From Amoebophrya sp. A120 (lineage: Eukaryota > Protista > Dinoflagellata), in contig CAJINV010000017.1 of the NCBI GenBank assembly GCA_905178155.1, forward strand, positions 240,722 through 304,721: a stretch of DNA of 64,000 nucleotides. Direction: 5' to 3'. Both the position numbers and the translations under genes were made by a program. A model generated the notes under the pieces. It was given only the letters and a program-made list of their open reading frames with translations, had not been told where the DNA came from and did no database searches. Position 1 is the first letter of the stretch. Every line of letters begins with the position of its first letter. Below, in pieces: positions 22,512-34,775 of this stretch.

Positions 22512-24078
22512 GTCCGGCTTGATGCTGGGCTGCTTTAACAGCGAACATCGTAACGCAGCGTGAGAGCACTATAATTTGTCGCGACGTTTGCGGGTGACGA
22601 ACTCTCTCGCCTTGCTCCCTACATGTTTTGAATAAGTATTTATATTTTGAACCGAGCTGCCACTTCTAGTATCACGATACTAAAAACTAAGTTCATTGTG
22701 CTTCTTCTTTTGTTCGGTATGTGTTTGCAGTAAATTGTCTTGTTTTGTAAAGTACGACCATTTTCTATTTTGATGCGATGCCTCGCGTTTTGACGATTCA
22801 CCGGACGTTCCTGCACGGGCAAATAAACAGCTAGCAGATTGATACTTTCCGACGGTTTTTTGTTGGATCCGACTCAGTGCTTGTTGCACTTCTTCGAATT
22901 TTTGGAACTGACTTCTACGCTATTGTACAAAACTTCTAAGTACGCTGGTCCAATGTATGATATTCTGTTCTCTCCAATGTATGATATTCTGTGTGGTCTC
23001 CTCTGCACCCTCCGCTCACCCTGATGCCCTTTTGATGCGCGCTACGTGCCTTTTGATCAGGAAAACAAGCAGCACTGTGCAAAAGAAAAAGGTATAGTGG
23101 TCGCCTCTACCGGTGCCGGTTTTTGTTTTTCTTATGGTTCATGCTGAGGAACCATGTCCGTCGCGCAACGAGAATAAAGCTCTGTTTTCATGGACTCGAA
23201 AAATTTCCTGCTGCTAAAGTTAAAGAAGTATGCGAGTATAATCTGTTGAGTTATCTGATACACACACCAACAGAAACGTGGGCAATTAGTTAGCTGTTTC
23301 GTTTTGTCACTTGAAGGCTATGCGTTTTCATCGAGTATCGGTGTTTTTGTTTATCCCTATACGTCTGTCACTGTCTTCTGCGGCAACTCGTTGCAAGAGA
23401 AGCTAGCATCGTTGCAGTCGTGTGTACACCTACTCGCAGTCGAAAACTCGAAGAGAAAAAATCTGCTCGGTGAAGTGGAACGCGACGAACAAGGTCGGCG
23501 CTAGCACTTTGTGCTTCATCACCTGTAGCATTTTTTGATTTGTACTTGATATGATTCGAAAAATGCAAAATGTCGGCAAAACAAGAACTGCTCATGAGGC
23601 TACAAAAACATGAGGCAACCAATCCATCGGTTAACTTTTTTACCCCATGCTTAAGTACCTTTTCGGTCTCAATGATCGCCACCGAGGGTAATGCACCACG
23701 AGGACCTTTCGTTTTTGAGTATCATGATTGACGATAGGAGATGCCACTGCCTTTCCCTACGCATAAAAAGGCTACAGCTCCCCACACACAGTCCCTTTAA
23801 CTTTTGCAATAGATCAATATACTTTTCCGTCCAATACAAGAATAAAAATTTCGGGAGGAGGCCGTGGACCACGGCGGGCCTGTGTGTACTATCTATTCGC
23901 AGTTTATATCCATTTCGGTTGGTGTGTATCTATTCGCAGTAAGTTTGGCGTTTACCTTTACCTGGCCCGCACGTATCTAGAACAGCTTTTTTTTTGGTTT
24001 TCCTTGTTCTGTGCTTGGCCTCTTTTGGTACTCTTTAGACGACCCCTCTTGAAGATATTTACCTTTTTCTGTTGAAAG

Positions 24079-25932
24079 ATGCAGGTCGATATTCTGAGAA
24101 AAGACGGCCAAGTGGTGTTTGTCGAGGGTGGTAGCGATTTTGCGGACTTTCTCGTTGGTATTCTGAAAGCCCCCGTTGGCTCGTTGGTCGCGGCCGTGAG
24201 GAGAAGCGTCGAAAATAACGGGGAAAACAGTTACGATACCGCCACGACGACCAACGGTAACAGCTCCGCTTTCGCAAATTTGCAGACTTCACTTGAGAGC
24301 AACGTGCGAGCGCCGCTATTCGCCGGCGGAAAGAAGGGTGACGTTCTTGCGACGAATGCGCTTGATTTGACGAATCTCGCTGATCCCGCAGCCTCTGTTC
24401 CCGCTGCCGGAAAAGCTACAGAAACGCTATCTCCGCTTGGAATCGTGTGCGGCGGGAGCTATCTGACCTTGGAGGAGCCCTCGAGTAGTTCCCCGGGGGA
24501 GTTTATCCTTAGTAAAAACGTCCCCATGTTGACGACCCCATAGTCAAGATAGGGTGTTTGCTACACAAATCAGCAAGCTTTGACCGTGGCGCATGACAGT
24601 CTAGTGTCTCGGACTCTCACTGTTGTTCCACCCTAGTTTTATTCCAGCCACATCGCAAATCGATGTCGATCAACTGCTTTTCCAGTTAAGTAATAAAAGC
24701 TCCCCGTGTACTGGCTGCGCATGAATATTAGCATCCTGTTAGTTCGTCCTGGGCATGCATATGCAAAATTGCATGTCATAAAAGACAAGTCTGGGGTCGT
24801 TACTGAGACGGTTTATTTACCCCGGATAGTACTTTCGTGCACGGTGAACGACACATCGGGCGGTGGCAGCTGGCAGACTATTGTTTTCACGGAGACGGAG
24901 GAATTTGAGTTAACCATGTCGTACGACTACTGGCAGAAGCACTACGTGATGTTGGGCCTCTACCCGGCGGTGCCTTCGCTGAAAAATTTCTTCACGGGGG
25001 AGAACCCGCTGATCCTGCCCGGGGTGCAGCGCGGTTTTTTCGTGAACTCCTGTGGCGGGAAGGATCTGTGCATTCAGTGCGGCGGGCCGGACAACGCGCG
25101 TTCGGTCCCGTGGAATTCCGCGAAATTTGGCACAGAAACCCGCATCATGCCAGGCTCGAATCCGAATGGCAGCAACGTGGTTCGGATGCGATTCGGGTGG
25201 AAGGCAAGCGAAAAGATGAAAAACAAAAGCATTGTCACGACGACGTCGGACGGTATTTCTACCGAGGACAAACTCAACAAGGCGCCAGAGAAAAAGCCTT
25301 CAAAGCATTTGGAATTCGATTTTGGGGATTCGGGCACCTGGGAGAAGATTCAACTCTATCATGCAGAATTTCCGACCGGAAAGGTCTTCCCGGCGGTATT
25401 GTTTAACGAGGAATGCGATCATAAAGCGAAAATCACGATCAAGCCCTACAAAACGAGCGTTGTTGTCCCTAGTAGGAGCAAAAAAAGTTCTAGTTCTGGG
25501 GAGAGGAGAAGCAAGACCAATAGCAGTCGTGATACTTCGGCAAATGACACAAATTGTACTTCTTCAAGCCCTTTTTTCCAACCTTTGTCCAAGTTCTTGG
25601 TCGCGAACGACTTGACGATCTGCGAATGCGGCTCGATGCGCACCCTGGAACTCTTCCAGAAGTTCGGCGTCAAAAGTGTGGAGGAGTTGCAGTGCGAGAC
25701 AGTTGCGATCACGGAGAAGGTTCTCACACGGCTACTCGAACGAGCACTGTCCGGAAACGAGGACGTGTTGCAGTACGCGTTTGCAGCGGTGGCGCCAGGA
25801 AAAGACGCTGCGGTTGATGTTCTTTCGGGAGGTCCAGAAGTTGTGCAAGTAGAGGACTCTTTTGAATTCCTGGCAGGAGCAGCAGCAGACGAGGTTGCTC
25901 CTCCAGTAGATGGCGAGGACGAGGCGGCGTGA
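24079..25932 (+). CDS. DUF674-like protein with a central SPRY/B30.2-like segment, ~507 aa, one introner
   Basis: N-terminal VVFVEGGSDFADFLVGILKAPVGSLV and C-terminal FLVANDLTI…VAITEKVLTRLLERAL resemble the two ends of DUF674. Middle VMLGLYP…GKVFPAVLF is SPRY-like. Recognised from memory, not searched. Confidence 0.7.
24504..24828. mobile_element. Introner, family C (degenerate)
   Basis: TATCCTTAGTAAAAACGTCCCCA … GACGGTTTATTTACCCCGGATA. Flanks GAGTT/GTACT. 330 nt in frame. Confidence 0.82.
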
Positions 25933-26823
25933 TTCTGATTTGATATATAAGTGCCGTTCTTTGACTTTGCCAACGCGAACGTCGCAGGCAGCTCCTGCGG
26001 TAGAAATATCGTTTTATTTGTTCTTTCATTCCAAGAAACCTATCATGATCTTTGCAAATGAAGATATAACAGAAAGAGGGCGCAACCTTGTCAAGGACGA
26101 CCGAATAATTTCAAAAGTAAGTCTATGAAACTTTCATCAGTTCATCGCCGCCGCAAAGGTAGGGCACGAAGATGAAAAAGAATTGCTGGTAGGACGTGGA
26201 TGCGATTCCAATCATGCTGTTCTTCGAGGGGTTCCTCATTCAAAACAACGCTTGATCCTAGGACTAGGAGAGGAACACATCGCTCCATCAAACATCAACC
26301 GATCGCATTAAATTAAGTCTCTAGAAGTTTTGTATGAGTGGGCATTCACTATCACTCTACGACGGACTTGGATTTGATCCTAAAGGCCCGCCCCCCTTGC
26401 CTAGATCTACGTACATAAACATTGAGGCGAAATTCGAATAACTAGACGCCCAGAACCGACATTCATCAATTTTTAGAACCAAATGGAAGCTCTTCCAGGT
26501 TTATTCTCTCTGTTTCGGACCTGGCGCAGCGGCAACAAGATTCAGCTCCCGAGCTGCTTTGCACTTGTAAACGCAATTTCTATAATACGTTTACTGATGG
26601 TTTTAGTTTTACCTGACCCTCATATTGAAGAGGTATAGCCTTCCTTCCTCGTTCTGACTCTTCACACGCATGATTGGGATGTCATCTTATTCGCACACGA
26701 GATCGAGAGCGCAATTACTAGGAGGGAACTCGTACACGCTTTAAACTGCAACTTTTTTCGCGGTACTTCGGTAGTCGCGCCTCCAATCGAAAAGCTCGAA
26801 TACAAATACCAATACGAAAAACC

Positions 26824-29800
26824 ATGAGAACATCGTCCGGAAATGGTTTCGGCACTTTTGCCGCCACGAAACCAGCCTGGGTTCACGCCCGCGCGCTTGT
26901 GTGCATATCAATCCTTGGATTTTTTGCTCGCTATGGCGATGCAAAATCCGGGACGCCCCTTCTAGAGGGAGAAATTGACGAAAACGTCCAGGTGCCCGGA
27001 TCGGAATTCCGAAAACAACCCGTCATCGCAGACGATGTTCTTGGTCAGGCCAAATCCAAAAGTGACACTGGAACGGGCACCACGGCCTTTTCCGGATCCG
27101 ATTCTGGTGTGGAGCATACGAGTGGCATCACTGCGGGCGTGTCCCCTGCCTCGTCCAGCAGCAACCGGAACGAGTCGCCGTGCAAAAGCACTGAAGGCAG
27201 CACAGGATCAGAAGTTGAGACAACCACTACAGCAACGTGTGCTCGAGGAATTACAAAAGCAGAAATGGCCAGCAGCGAAGGGGAAGGCGACGGTGCTTCC
27301 GCTGAGCCAGGAGTTGAACAAGGAGGACTGTTGAAGCAGGCTGCGTTTACATCCGCGTCCGCCAGGGACGAGCTACAATTGTCTGAACAAGCGCTTGCCA
27401 ACTCCACTGCCACTGCCGCCGCGACGGCAGATGTAGCGCAGAAATTGCTTCCGAAGCACACGTTTCTCTCTGAGTTGCCTGTCGAAAACGTGGAGGAGCG
27501 GCTGTTCGACGGTTTTTTGCGCACCCGTCGAGATTACACAAAGCTCAGCGGTTTATCCAAAACGGTAGGCAAGGAGGTGGCAGCTGCAGAACAAAGTCTG
27601 AAGAAGCGCGACAACATGTTTTTTGAAGTCTTTCGATCCGCAGAGGAGCTGGAGACTGCCCTGAGCCACTGGCGGACTGACGAATACCACGCGATTGTTT
27701 CGGCCCGGCGTCCTCCTCGTCCTGTCACTCTCGCCTGGCGGCGTCGTAACTACTTCTTTTCGACGTCTTCCTCGGCGAGGCCGACTCCGCCTCCCTCGAT
27801 AACTCCGTCGCGATCTCCCTCCCGGTCCTCCTTTCGTTCCACGAGTTCAAGGAACAGCAACCAAAATTTGCCGCCGGCACCCAATGAAGACGTCGAGACC
27901 GCAAACGAGCCCGGGCTTGATGACGGTCTTACTGAGGCTGAGCGCTTAACGCGGAACCGGCAAAGGCAGAGAGACGAGGACGAAGCGAAGTACGGGCCGA
28001 TTGAGCACTGGGACGTGGGTGCGATCCCGGTTCTCCCTGCCAATCTTTTCTGCAGTGTCCATGACTATGATCATTTCTATTACCGTGGCGGTGGCGGCGA
28101 ACAGTGGACGCAGCAGTACCTGCCGTCACTTCGCATCAGCCACTGGCGCACGACGGGCGTCAAGTCTCTAGCAGGCCTTTTTGAATGGTGCGTCGACTTT
28201 AACCAGCCGCTGTACTGGGACACTAGCACTGTGGAAGACATAAGCTACATGTTTTCAGGTTGTTTTAACTTCAACGACCCGTCCGTGGGATCGTGGAACA
28301 CCGCACGCGTGGTCAATATGGATGGCGTATTCCGACAGGCGAGAGCGTTCAACCAACCGCTCCAGTGGGACGTTCGGCGCGTCAAGACCATGGAAGGCAT
28401 GTTTGCAGAGACCCTTGCGTTCGACGACCCATCGATCAGTGCGTGGCAAACGGATAGCCTGACAAACACAAGCAGCATGTTCCTTATGCATTGCAAAATT
28501 GTAGTCTGTGTCTGGACGACCGCAGAACTTTGTGATGCAGCTTCTTCCTACTCCTTGACCTTGATTGTTGTCTGGAGTGCAGGATGTAGTGCCGCAGGTC
28601 GTGTTTGGGATTTGCAATACCTGTTCTGCAGCAGAAACAAATTGATCAAGAAAAGGCAGTTTGGCAAGACAGATTTTTGTGCGCTCCAGCACAGGGCGCT
28701 TTGCAACTTCGGCTGACCCAGAGGCAGAAACATTTGCAATGGATGTTCCTGAGTGCGGCAAATTTCACCCAGCCGCTTCCGTGGAATATGCGGCTTGTTA
28801 CAACCATGAAGTCAATGTTTAGAAACGCCGTCGCATACAACGATCCGTCAGTCAGCGAATGGGTCACAGACAGCCTGACCGATACGCGTCACCTGTTTGA
28901 GAATGCAGTGAGTTTCAATCAGCCACTCAGGTGGAACGTTCGAGGTGTCACGCGTATGACAGCCATGTTTCAACACGCCGCCGCCTTCAATCAGCCATCG
29001 GTAAGCGAATGGCAGACCGATAGCCTTCTCGAAACGAGTCACATGTTTGAGGGCGCGGAGGACTTCAACCAGCCACTCCCTTGGCAGATGGGTAAGGTGA
29101 CGAACATGTCATCGATGTTTGCCGGCGCGACGATTTTTAATCAGGCTCTTCCTTGGGACGTCCGCAGCGTCGCGAATATGAAAAGCATGTTTCGTGGCTG
29201 CGAGACGTTTAACCACGCCTCCCTCAGCGATTGGCAGACAACGAGCCTGAAAAGTACGAGAGACATGTTCCTCGATGCCGTAGCATTCGACCAGCCACTG
29301 CGGTGGGACGTTAGCAAAGTCGAAGACATGATACGCGATAGAAAGTTTTGAGCTACTTCAACTTTCCATGCACGGAACGTCCAGACGAGGCGAATAGGTA
29401 TATTAGTAGAAGCTCCAGGCGCACCTATGCTAGGGACTAAAAGGAAAAGCCATCTTTTGATGAGAAGGAGCAAAAGAATTGGCATGCGTGGCGTATCCAC
29501 TTTCGCTTTCGCACCACGATGCGGAAAGCAACGCACAACAAGATTGCTTGAGACGAGGCACTGTGCGTTCATGGTATTTGGCGCAGGCACAGCTCAAAAC
29601 TTTGCAAGCATACTTCGCCGCAATGTTTTCGGGATGCACTGCTTTCAACCAGCCACTGGTTTGGGACACTAGTGAGGTCCAAAACATGACAGAAATGTTT
29701 CGCAACTGCGAAAACTTCGACCAGCCAAGTATCAGGGATTGGAATGTCACCAAGGTCTACGACATGCGTAGTATGTTCGCGGGTGCTTCCAGCTTTAGCC

Positions 29801-32800
29801 AGACACTGCATTGGGATTCTATTATGCTTGAGCGCTCCCTCTCGCGCATTCGACGAGACCTGCTCTCTGATCGAAGATGGGAAGCGGAGTCACTGGAACG
29901 ACAAACCCGAACCAGAGCGCCGCAGACATGGATGCCGTGGCAATCCAGCGCTCCGTCCTTCATTTCGGTGGTTGCCGCGCAGTCTTCGAGCTCATCTTCA
30001 GCCTCACCCCCACCCTCCAGGGATTCGGCTTCTAGCGCGGGCAGTGTGGCTTCGCAGGCGAGTGCGGCTTTTCTTCCACAGGCGAGTGCGGCTTTTCTTG
30101 GGTGGGACTCTGGGGGGGAGAGTGACGGAGCGTCGTCGGCTTCATCTCAGCGCAGGCCGGTCCGGACTACACCGCGCGGACAAGCTCATGAGGCTCCTGT
30201 GGACTTCGCTCTCGAACATGAAGTCCTGTCCCTTTTCGTTCATCGTACTCGGCTCTTGACCGATACCCGTGGGCTCTTCGTGTCTCCGCAAAATAAGCCT
30301 TGGATCTTTCATTCAGCCAAGGATCTTGACCGTGCACTCAATAGCTTCCAGAACGACGCCGACCTCGCTACGGAGGAGAAGGAGGTGTGGGCGGCCCGGC
30401 GAAGGCGGGCTGAGATCAGCTATGGTCCTGTAGGTGAGTGGGACCTTGGACACTTGAAGTCACTTCCACAAGATCTGTTTCGCTGCGAAAGGACTGGCGC
30501 GAAGCATCCAGGGGAGAGAAAGCCGTGGGCAAAGCAATGGCACAATTCCTTTTCGGTTTCTAACTGGAAGATCAAAGGCAAGCTGACAAGCCTCGCTGGC
30601 CTATTCCAAGGCTGCTACGATTTTAACCAGCCGCTGCACTGGGACGTCAGCGGGATCGAGAACATGAGAGAGCTGTTCCGCGACTGCTGGGATTTTAACA
30701 GTCCGTCCATCAGCGATTGGAAAACCGGTAATGTCATTGACATGGCATTCATGTTTTCTGAAGCAGGGCAGTTCAACCAACCGGTCCGATGGGACGTCAG
30801 CAAGCTGAAGCACATGCAGCTCATGTTTCGAAATGCCAAGCGGTTCAATGATTCGTCGATCAGTGAGTGGGTAGTGTCCGACGTTGTCTCCATGTACGGC
30901 ATGTTCGAGGGGGCGTCCGCTTTCAATCAGCCTCTGCTGAATTGGGACGTGAGTAAAGTGGTGTCCTTGGCTGCCGTATTTGCTAACTGCTCCGCGTTCA
31001 ACCAGCCGTCGATTGGGAAATGGGTGACCAGCAATGTGATCGATATGAGGTGGACCTTCTATAACGCGACAAGTTTCAATCAGCCACTTTACTGGGACAC
31101 CCAGAAAGTGACCACGATGGACTCCATGTTCAAGCTGGCGTCGAGTTTCAATCAGCCCAGTGTTCGGTATTGGAACACCGCAAACGTTCAGAACATGGAG
31201 CTGGTGTTTTGCAACGCCTTCAAGTTCAATCAGCCACTGTATTGGAACGTAGAGAAAGTCGTTACCATGTATGGCATGTTTGCTGGTTGCGTAGCGTTTA
31301 ACAGTGACATCAGCAGTTGGAAGACATCGAGCCTGGAAAACACAAACTATATGTTTGAACGTGCTGAAGCTTTCAATCAGGCGCTGCCGTGGGATTTTTC
31401 GAAGGTTACTACAATGGATTATGGCGTTAGAAAGATATTAAGCTTACTCACCTAGAAATCTTCTGTTTCGCACCTGAAGGCCTGCCCGAATGTTTATATT
31501 TCTAAGAAACTCAACACACGAGCCAAGGTTTTTCTTGATTTCATTACGCCATGCCCATGCCTGCTAGTCTGGGCGATGGCGTTTCCTGAGGTTCTTGCTG
31601 AATTTCAAAATTCGATACCGGATTTTGAATAGTAGCATAGATCTTTGCTACGAACACGAAGATAGTTGTAGCAGGGTGTGGTTATTTATGCGTGCTCGTT
31701 GCAGCAGGCTTTCAGTGCAGAAAAGAACATGAACAGGAGAGTAGGTCTACAAGTTTTGCTCTTCATAAAAGCTACATGTTCGACGGTAGCTATGCGTTCA
31801 ACGACCCTTCGGTGCGAGAGTGGCAGACGGGAAATGTCAAGAGCATGCAGGGGACGTTCGCGAGCGCGTACAGCTTCAATCAGCCGCTGCCATGGGACGT
31901 CAGCAAGGTCGAGCGCATGGGCATCATGTTTGCGCGGGCCTTCAGCTTCAACGCGGCCCTGGAGAACTGGGACGTGGGGAAGGTTACAGACTTCACCCTG
32001 ATGTTTCGACGGGCCCACAGGTTTAATGACCCCTCGATCAAGTCTTGGAGGTTTTCTCAGTCACCCGAGCAGCGGCACGCCATTTACGCCGGAGAAATGT
32101 TCGGGCAGGCACTTAGCTTCGACCAAGACCTGTCGAGCTGGGACGCACAGAAGGACCGATTCATCTTTGCCCAAGACCGGTATCGCTCTTCAGTGAGAAA
32201 ACTCTACGCACAGGAAATCTCGGCGGATCCCTTCGAGGGGACGCGGCTGCGCGCACGACTGCGGGAAGCGGAGAACTACGGACCAAAAGTTGAAGCGCTG
32301 GGACTGGAGGCGGTCTGCGGCACCGCCTGGCCGAGCAGCGCGGATTGCTGGGCCTGGGCTTTCGCTCCAACTGTGCCATTGGGGCAAACTCAAAGTCTTC
32401 CTGGCGCCCCTTCGTTCTTGCGGGATCGATTTCGCACCAGGGAAGAACTGGTTGTCACACTAGAATTGTGGAAAAAGAACCCTGTGGCGGCACTAGGAGA
32501 TCGGTTTCGCCAGCAGTGTCAAGTGAGCGGTACTAGTTGCGAAGGCCAACGACCTGCGTCCGCGCCCGGAGATGAAGACGAGCTGCAGCAACACGAGGCA
32601 CGGCAAAAAGCGATCGAAAGGTACGGCCCGGTGGACAGTTGGGACGTCCGGTTTTTACCTGCCCTCCCCGCCGACCTGTTCCAGTGCAAGGCACATGTGG
32701 ACCAGACAAACGACCCGGAGCCGTGGAGCTCGCTTTGGCATCCGTCCTTGAAGATCTCGAATTGGCAGACGCAGGGCGTGCTGATCATGGACGGCGTGTT

Positions 32801-34775
32801 CATCGGTTGCTCCGACTTCAACCAGGAGCTGAACTGGGACGTTGGTTATGTGGAGTCCATGCGGGGCATGTTTGCGGGGTGTTCGAGGTTTAATAACCCT
32901 TCCGTGAGCAACTGGAACACAAGAAACGTGTTCGACATGCGCTCCATGTTTGCACTGGCAGCAGACTTCAATCAGCCACTGAATTGGGATGTCAGCCGCG
33001 TGACGACCATGAGTGCCATGTTTCACGAAGCGACTTCCTTCAACGACCCGTCGATCAGCCGCTGGGTGACGACGCAGGTCAGGAACATGACGTCAATGTT
33101 CGAGGGCGCAACCAGCTTCAACCAGGCGCCACCGTACGACGTGAGAAACGTCACTTCGATAAAGCGCATGCTATGAAGAGAGTGCACAACCGTTCCGCTT
33201 CCCCCTTCTTTGTAATGCAAAATACCATATCCATATGCTTATCCACCCTCGTCTGCTCCTGGTCTTGCTTTGTTTTGCTTGGCACTGCTTGCATGACAGG
33301 TTCCGGAACAAGTCGAGACAACACTGCTCTAGTGCCCCCCGACACTTGCACTGCAGCTAGACTAGTACTTTCAGACGATGGTAAATTTGCCTACGATTCT
33401 AATCTACAATCTCTGAGCGAATTTGCCATGGCCATGCAAGGCCTACATCTCTGCCAGCGCTTCTGTTGCTGTCAATTCCATTTAACAAAAATCCCGTTTC
33501 AAAAGAGGGGGAGAGGGACTTTTGCAGTCTGATACATATTTCGCGATTGCGGGAACTTCAATCCTCTGCCGGGCTTCTGGCTATGGGACACGCGAAGCGT
33601 CACCGACATGGATGGCGTGTTCGAGAATGCCGTCTCGTTTAACCAGACCCTGTATTGGAGAACAGAGAATGTGTAGCCGAAGAAAGACAAAAGGTCATCA
33701 GGGGGCACAGAGTCTGCAATTTTTTCTGCATCTGAAAAGAAAAAGTTATACGGTATCTTCATAAAGATTTGATAAATGCATTTGCATTCAGATTCAGGTC
33801 GTGGACAAAAGGGTTTTACGTTTCTTATTATCTCGTACAAAACTGGAGCGGCATTCTATAGCTCCAGTAAGTGGAGCCATCTCTACTTTTTTTGTGATTT
33901 CATCAGAGTGCATTTTTCGATCCGTGCAGAAACCGAGATTGCAAAACTGCTGGTGATGTGACTCTGATGAGACTTTCTCTGTGCATACTGTCACCACCAT
34001 GAAGGACATGTTTTCCAACGCTGTGGCTTTCAACAAGCCACTTTTTACCCTTGATGCAGAGCAGAGCCAGCTGCTTCTCTTGTTGCAGAGCGACTACCAC
34101 AAGCCGCTGTCGGAGTTCTCCGCAGACGAGGTGCAAGCACTTCTCAGCTCGGCGCGCCTCCGAGCTGCCTTCGACACCAGCATGGTGACGGACATGAGCG
34201 GCATGTTCCGCAACTGCCGGCTCTTCGACCAAGACTCGGTAAGCATGTGGAACACAGGGTCGGTGCGAAACATGCAGCAGATGTTCATGGGCGCTGCGGA
34301 ATTCGCGCAAAACCTGTCTTTCACGAATGTGTCCAATGTGGAAAGCATGAAGGAAATGTTTCTGGGAGCCGAGCGCTTCAACTCCCCTGCGCTGCGTACG
34401 TGGAACGTCAGCAGAAAACTGAAAAATGTCGATGACATGTTCTACAACGCTTTTTTGTTTGACCAAAATTTGGTTTCCTGGAGCGCTGTGGTGGCGGAGA
34501 TTCCAGGCTTGACCTCAGCAATAACAGAAAGCAATATTACAAACTCGTACCGTCCTGCCGGTTCTGGCCGTTCGACCCAACCCTTTGGCAACACACGCGT
34601 GTGGGCGCGCTTTACTAAACTCGAACGCGAGGAGCAGCCGCGAAGCCGGACCCTTAATCTGGTGCTACTAACGATTCCGCCGGGCGGCGATAGAACCGGA
34701 CGACATTCCTGCACTAGCAGTCCTTGGCCGGTGGATGAGCAGTGTTGGCAGAGAGCGTTTGCACTGGTGAGCTAG
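26824..34775 (+). CDS. Large secreted DUF285-repeat protein, ~2119 aa, 6 exons (26824-28483, 28750-29330, 29617-31418, 31772-33170, 33539-33672, 33992-34775)
   Basis: Dozens of alternating FNQPLxWD / FNDPSxxxW repeats. Five introner removals give a 6360-nt open frame and repair the repeat consensus at each junction. Exon 5 is absent from the ORF track but reads FRDCGNFNP…WDTRSVTDMDGVFENAVSFNQTLYW. Confidence 0.88.
28485..28745. mobile_element. Introner
   Basis: TATGCATTGCAAA … TTTGCAATGGATG. Perfect TSD TTCCT. 266 nt. Confidence 0.88.
29332..29612. mobile_element. Introner (degenerate TSD)
   Basis: TACGCGATAGAAAGTTTTGAGCT … AGCTCAAAACTTTGCAAGCATA. Flanks CATGA/CTTCG. 286 nt. Confidence 0.85.
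31420..31767. mobile_element. Introner (old; TSD fully diverged)
   Basis: TATG…TTACTCACCT vs right reverse complement TATG…CTACTCTCCT. Flanks TGGAT/AAAGC. 353 nt gives VTTMDYMFDG. Confidence 0.75.
33172..33534. mobile_element. Introner, family F-related
   Basis: TATGAAGAGAGTGCACAA…TCCCCCT vs right reverse complement TATCAGACTGCAAAAG…TCCCCCT. Flanks CATGC/CATAT. 368 nt. Confidence 0.85.
33674..33987. mobile_element. Introner (degenerate)
   Basis: TAGCCGAAGAAAGAC…TCATCAG vs right reverse complement TATGCACAGAGAAAGTCTCATCAG. Flanks ATGTG/CTGTC. 319 nt gives ENVTTMKDMF. Confidence 0.8.

Noticed and set aside
22949-22995. Short tandem duplication CCAATGTATGATATTCTGT x2
   Set aside because: Ordinary intergenic duplication with no further structure.
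23669-23872. LGGDH arginase-like motif on the minus strand
   Set aside because: Immediately followed by a stop; no other arginase motifs.
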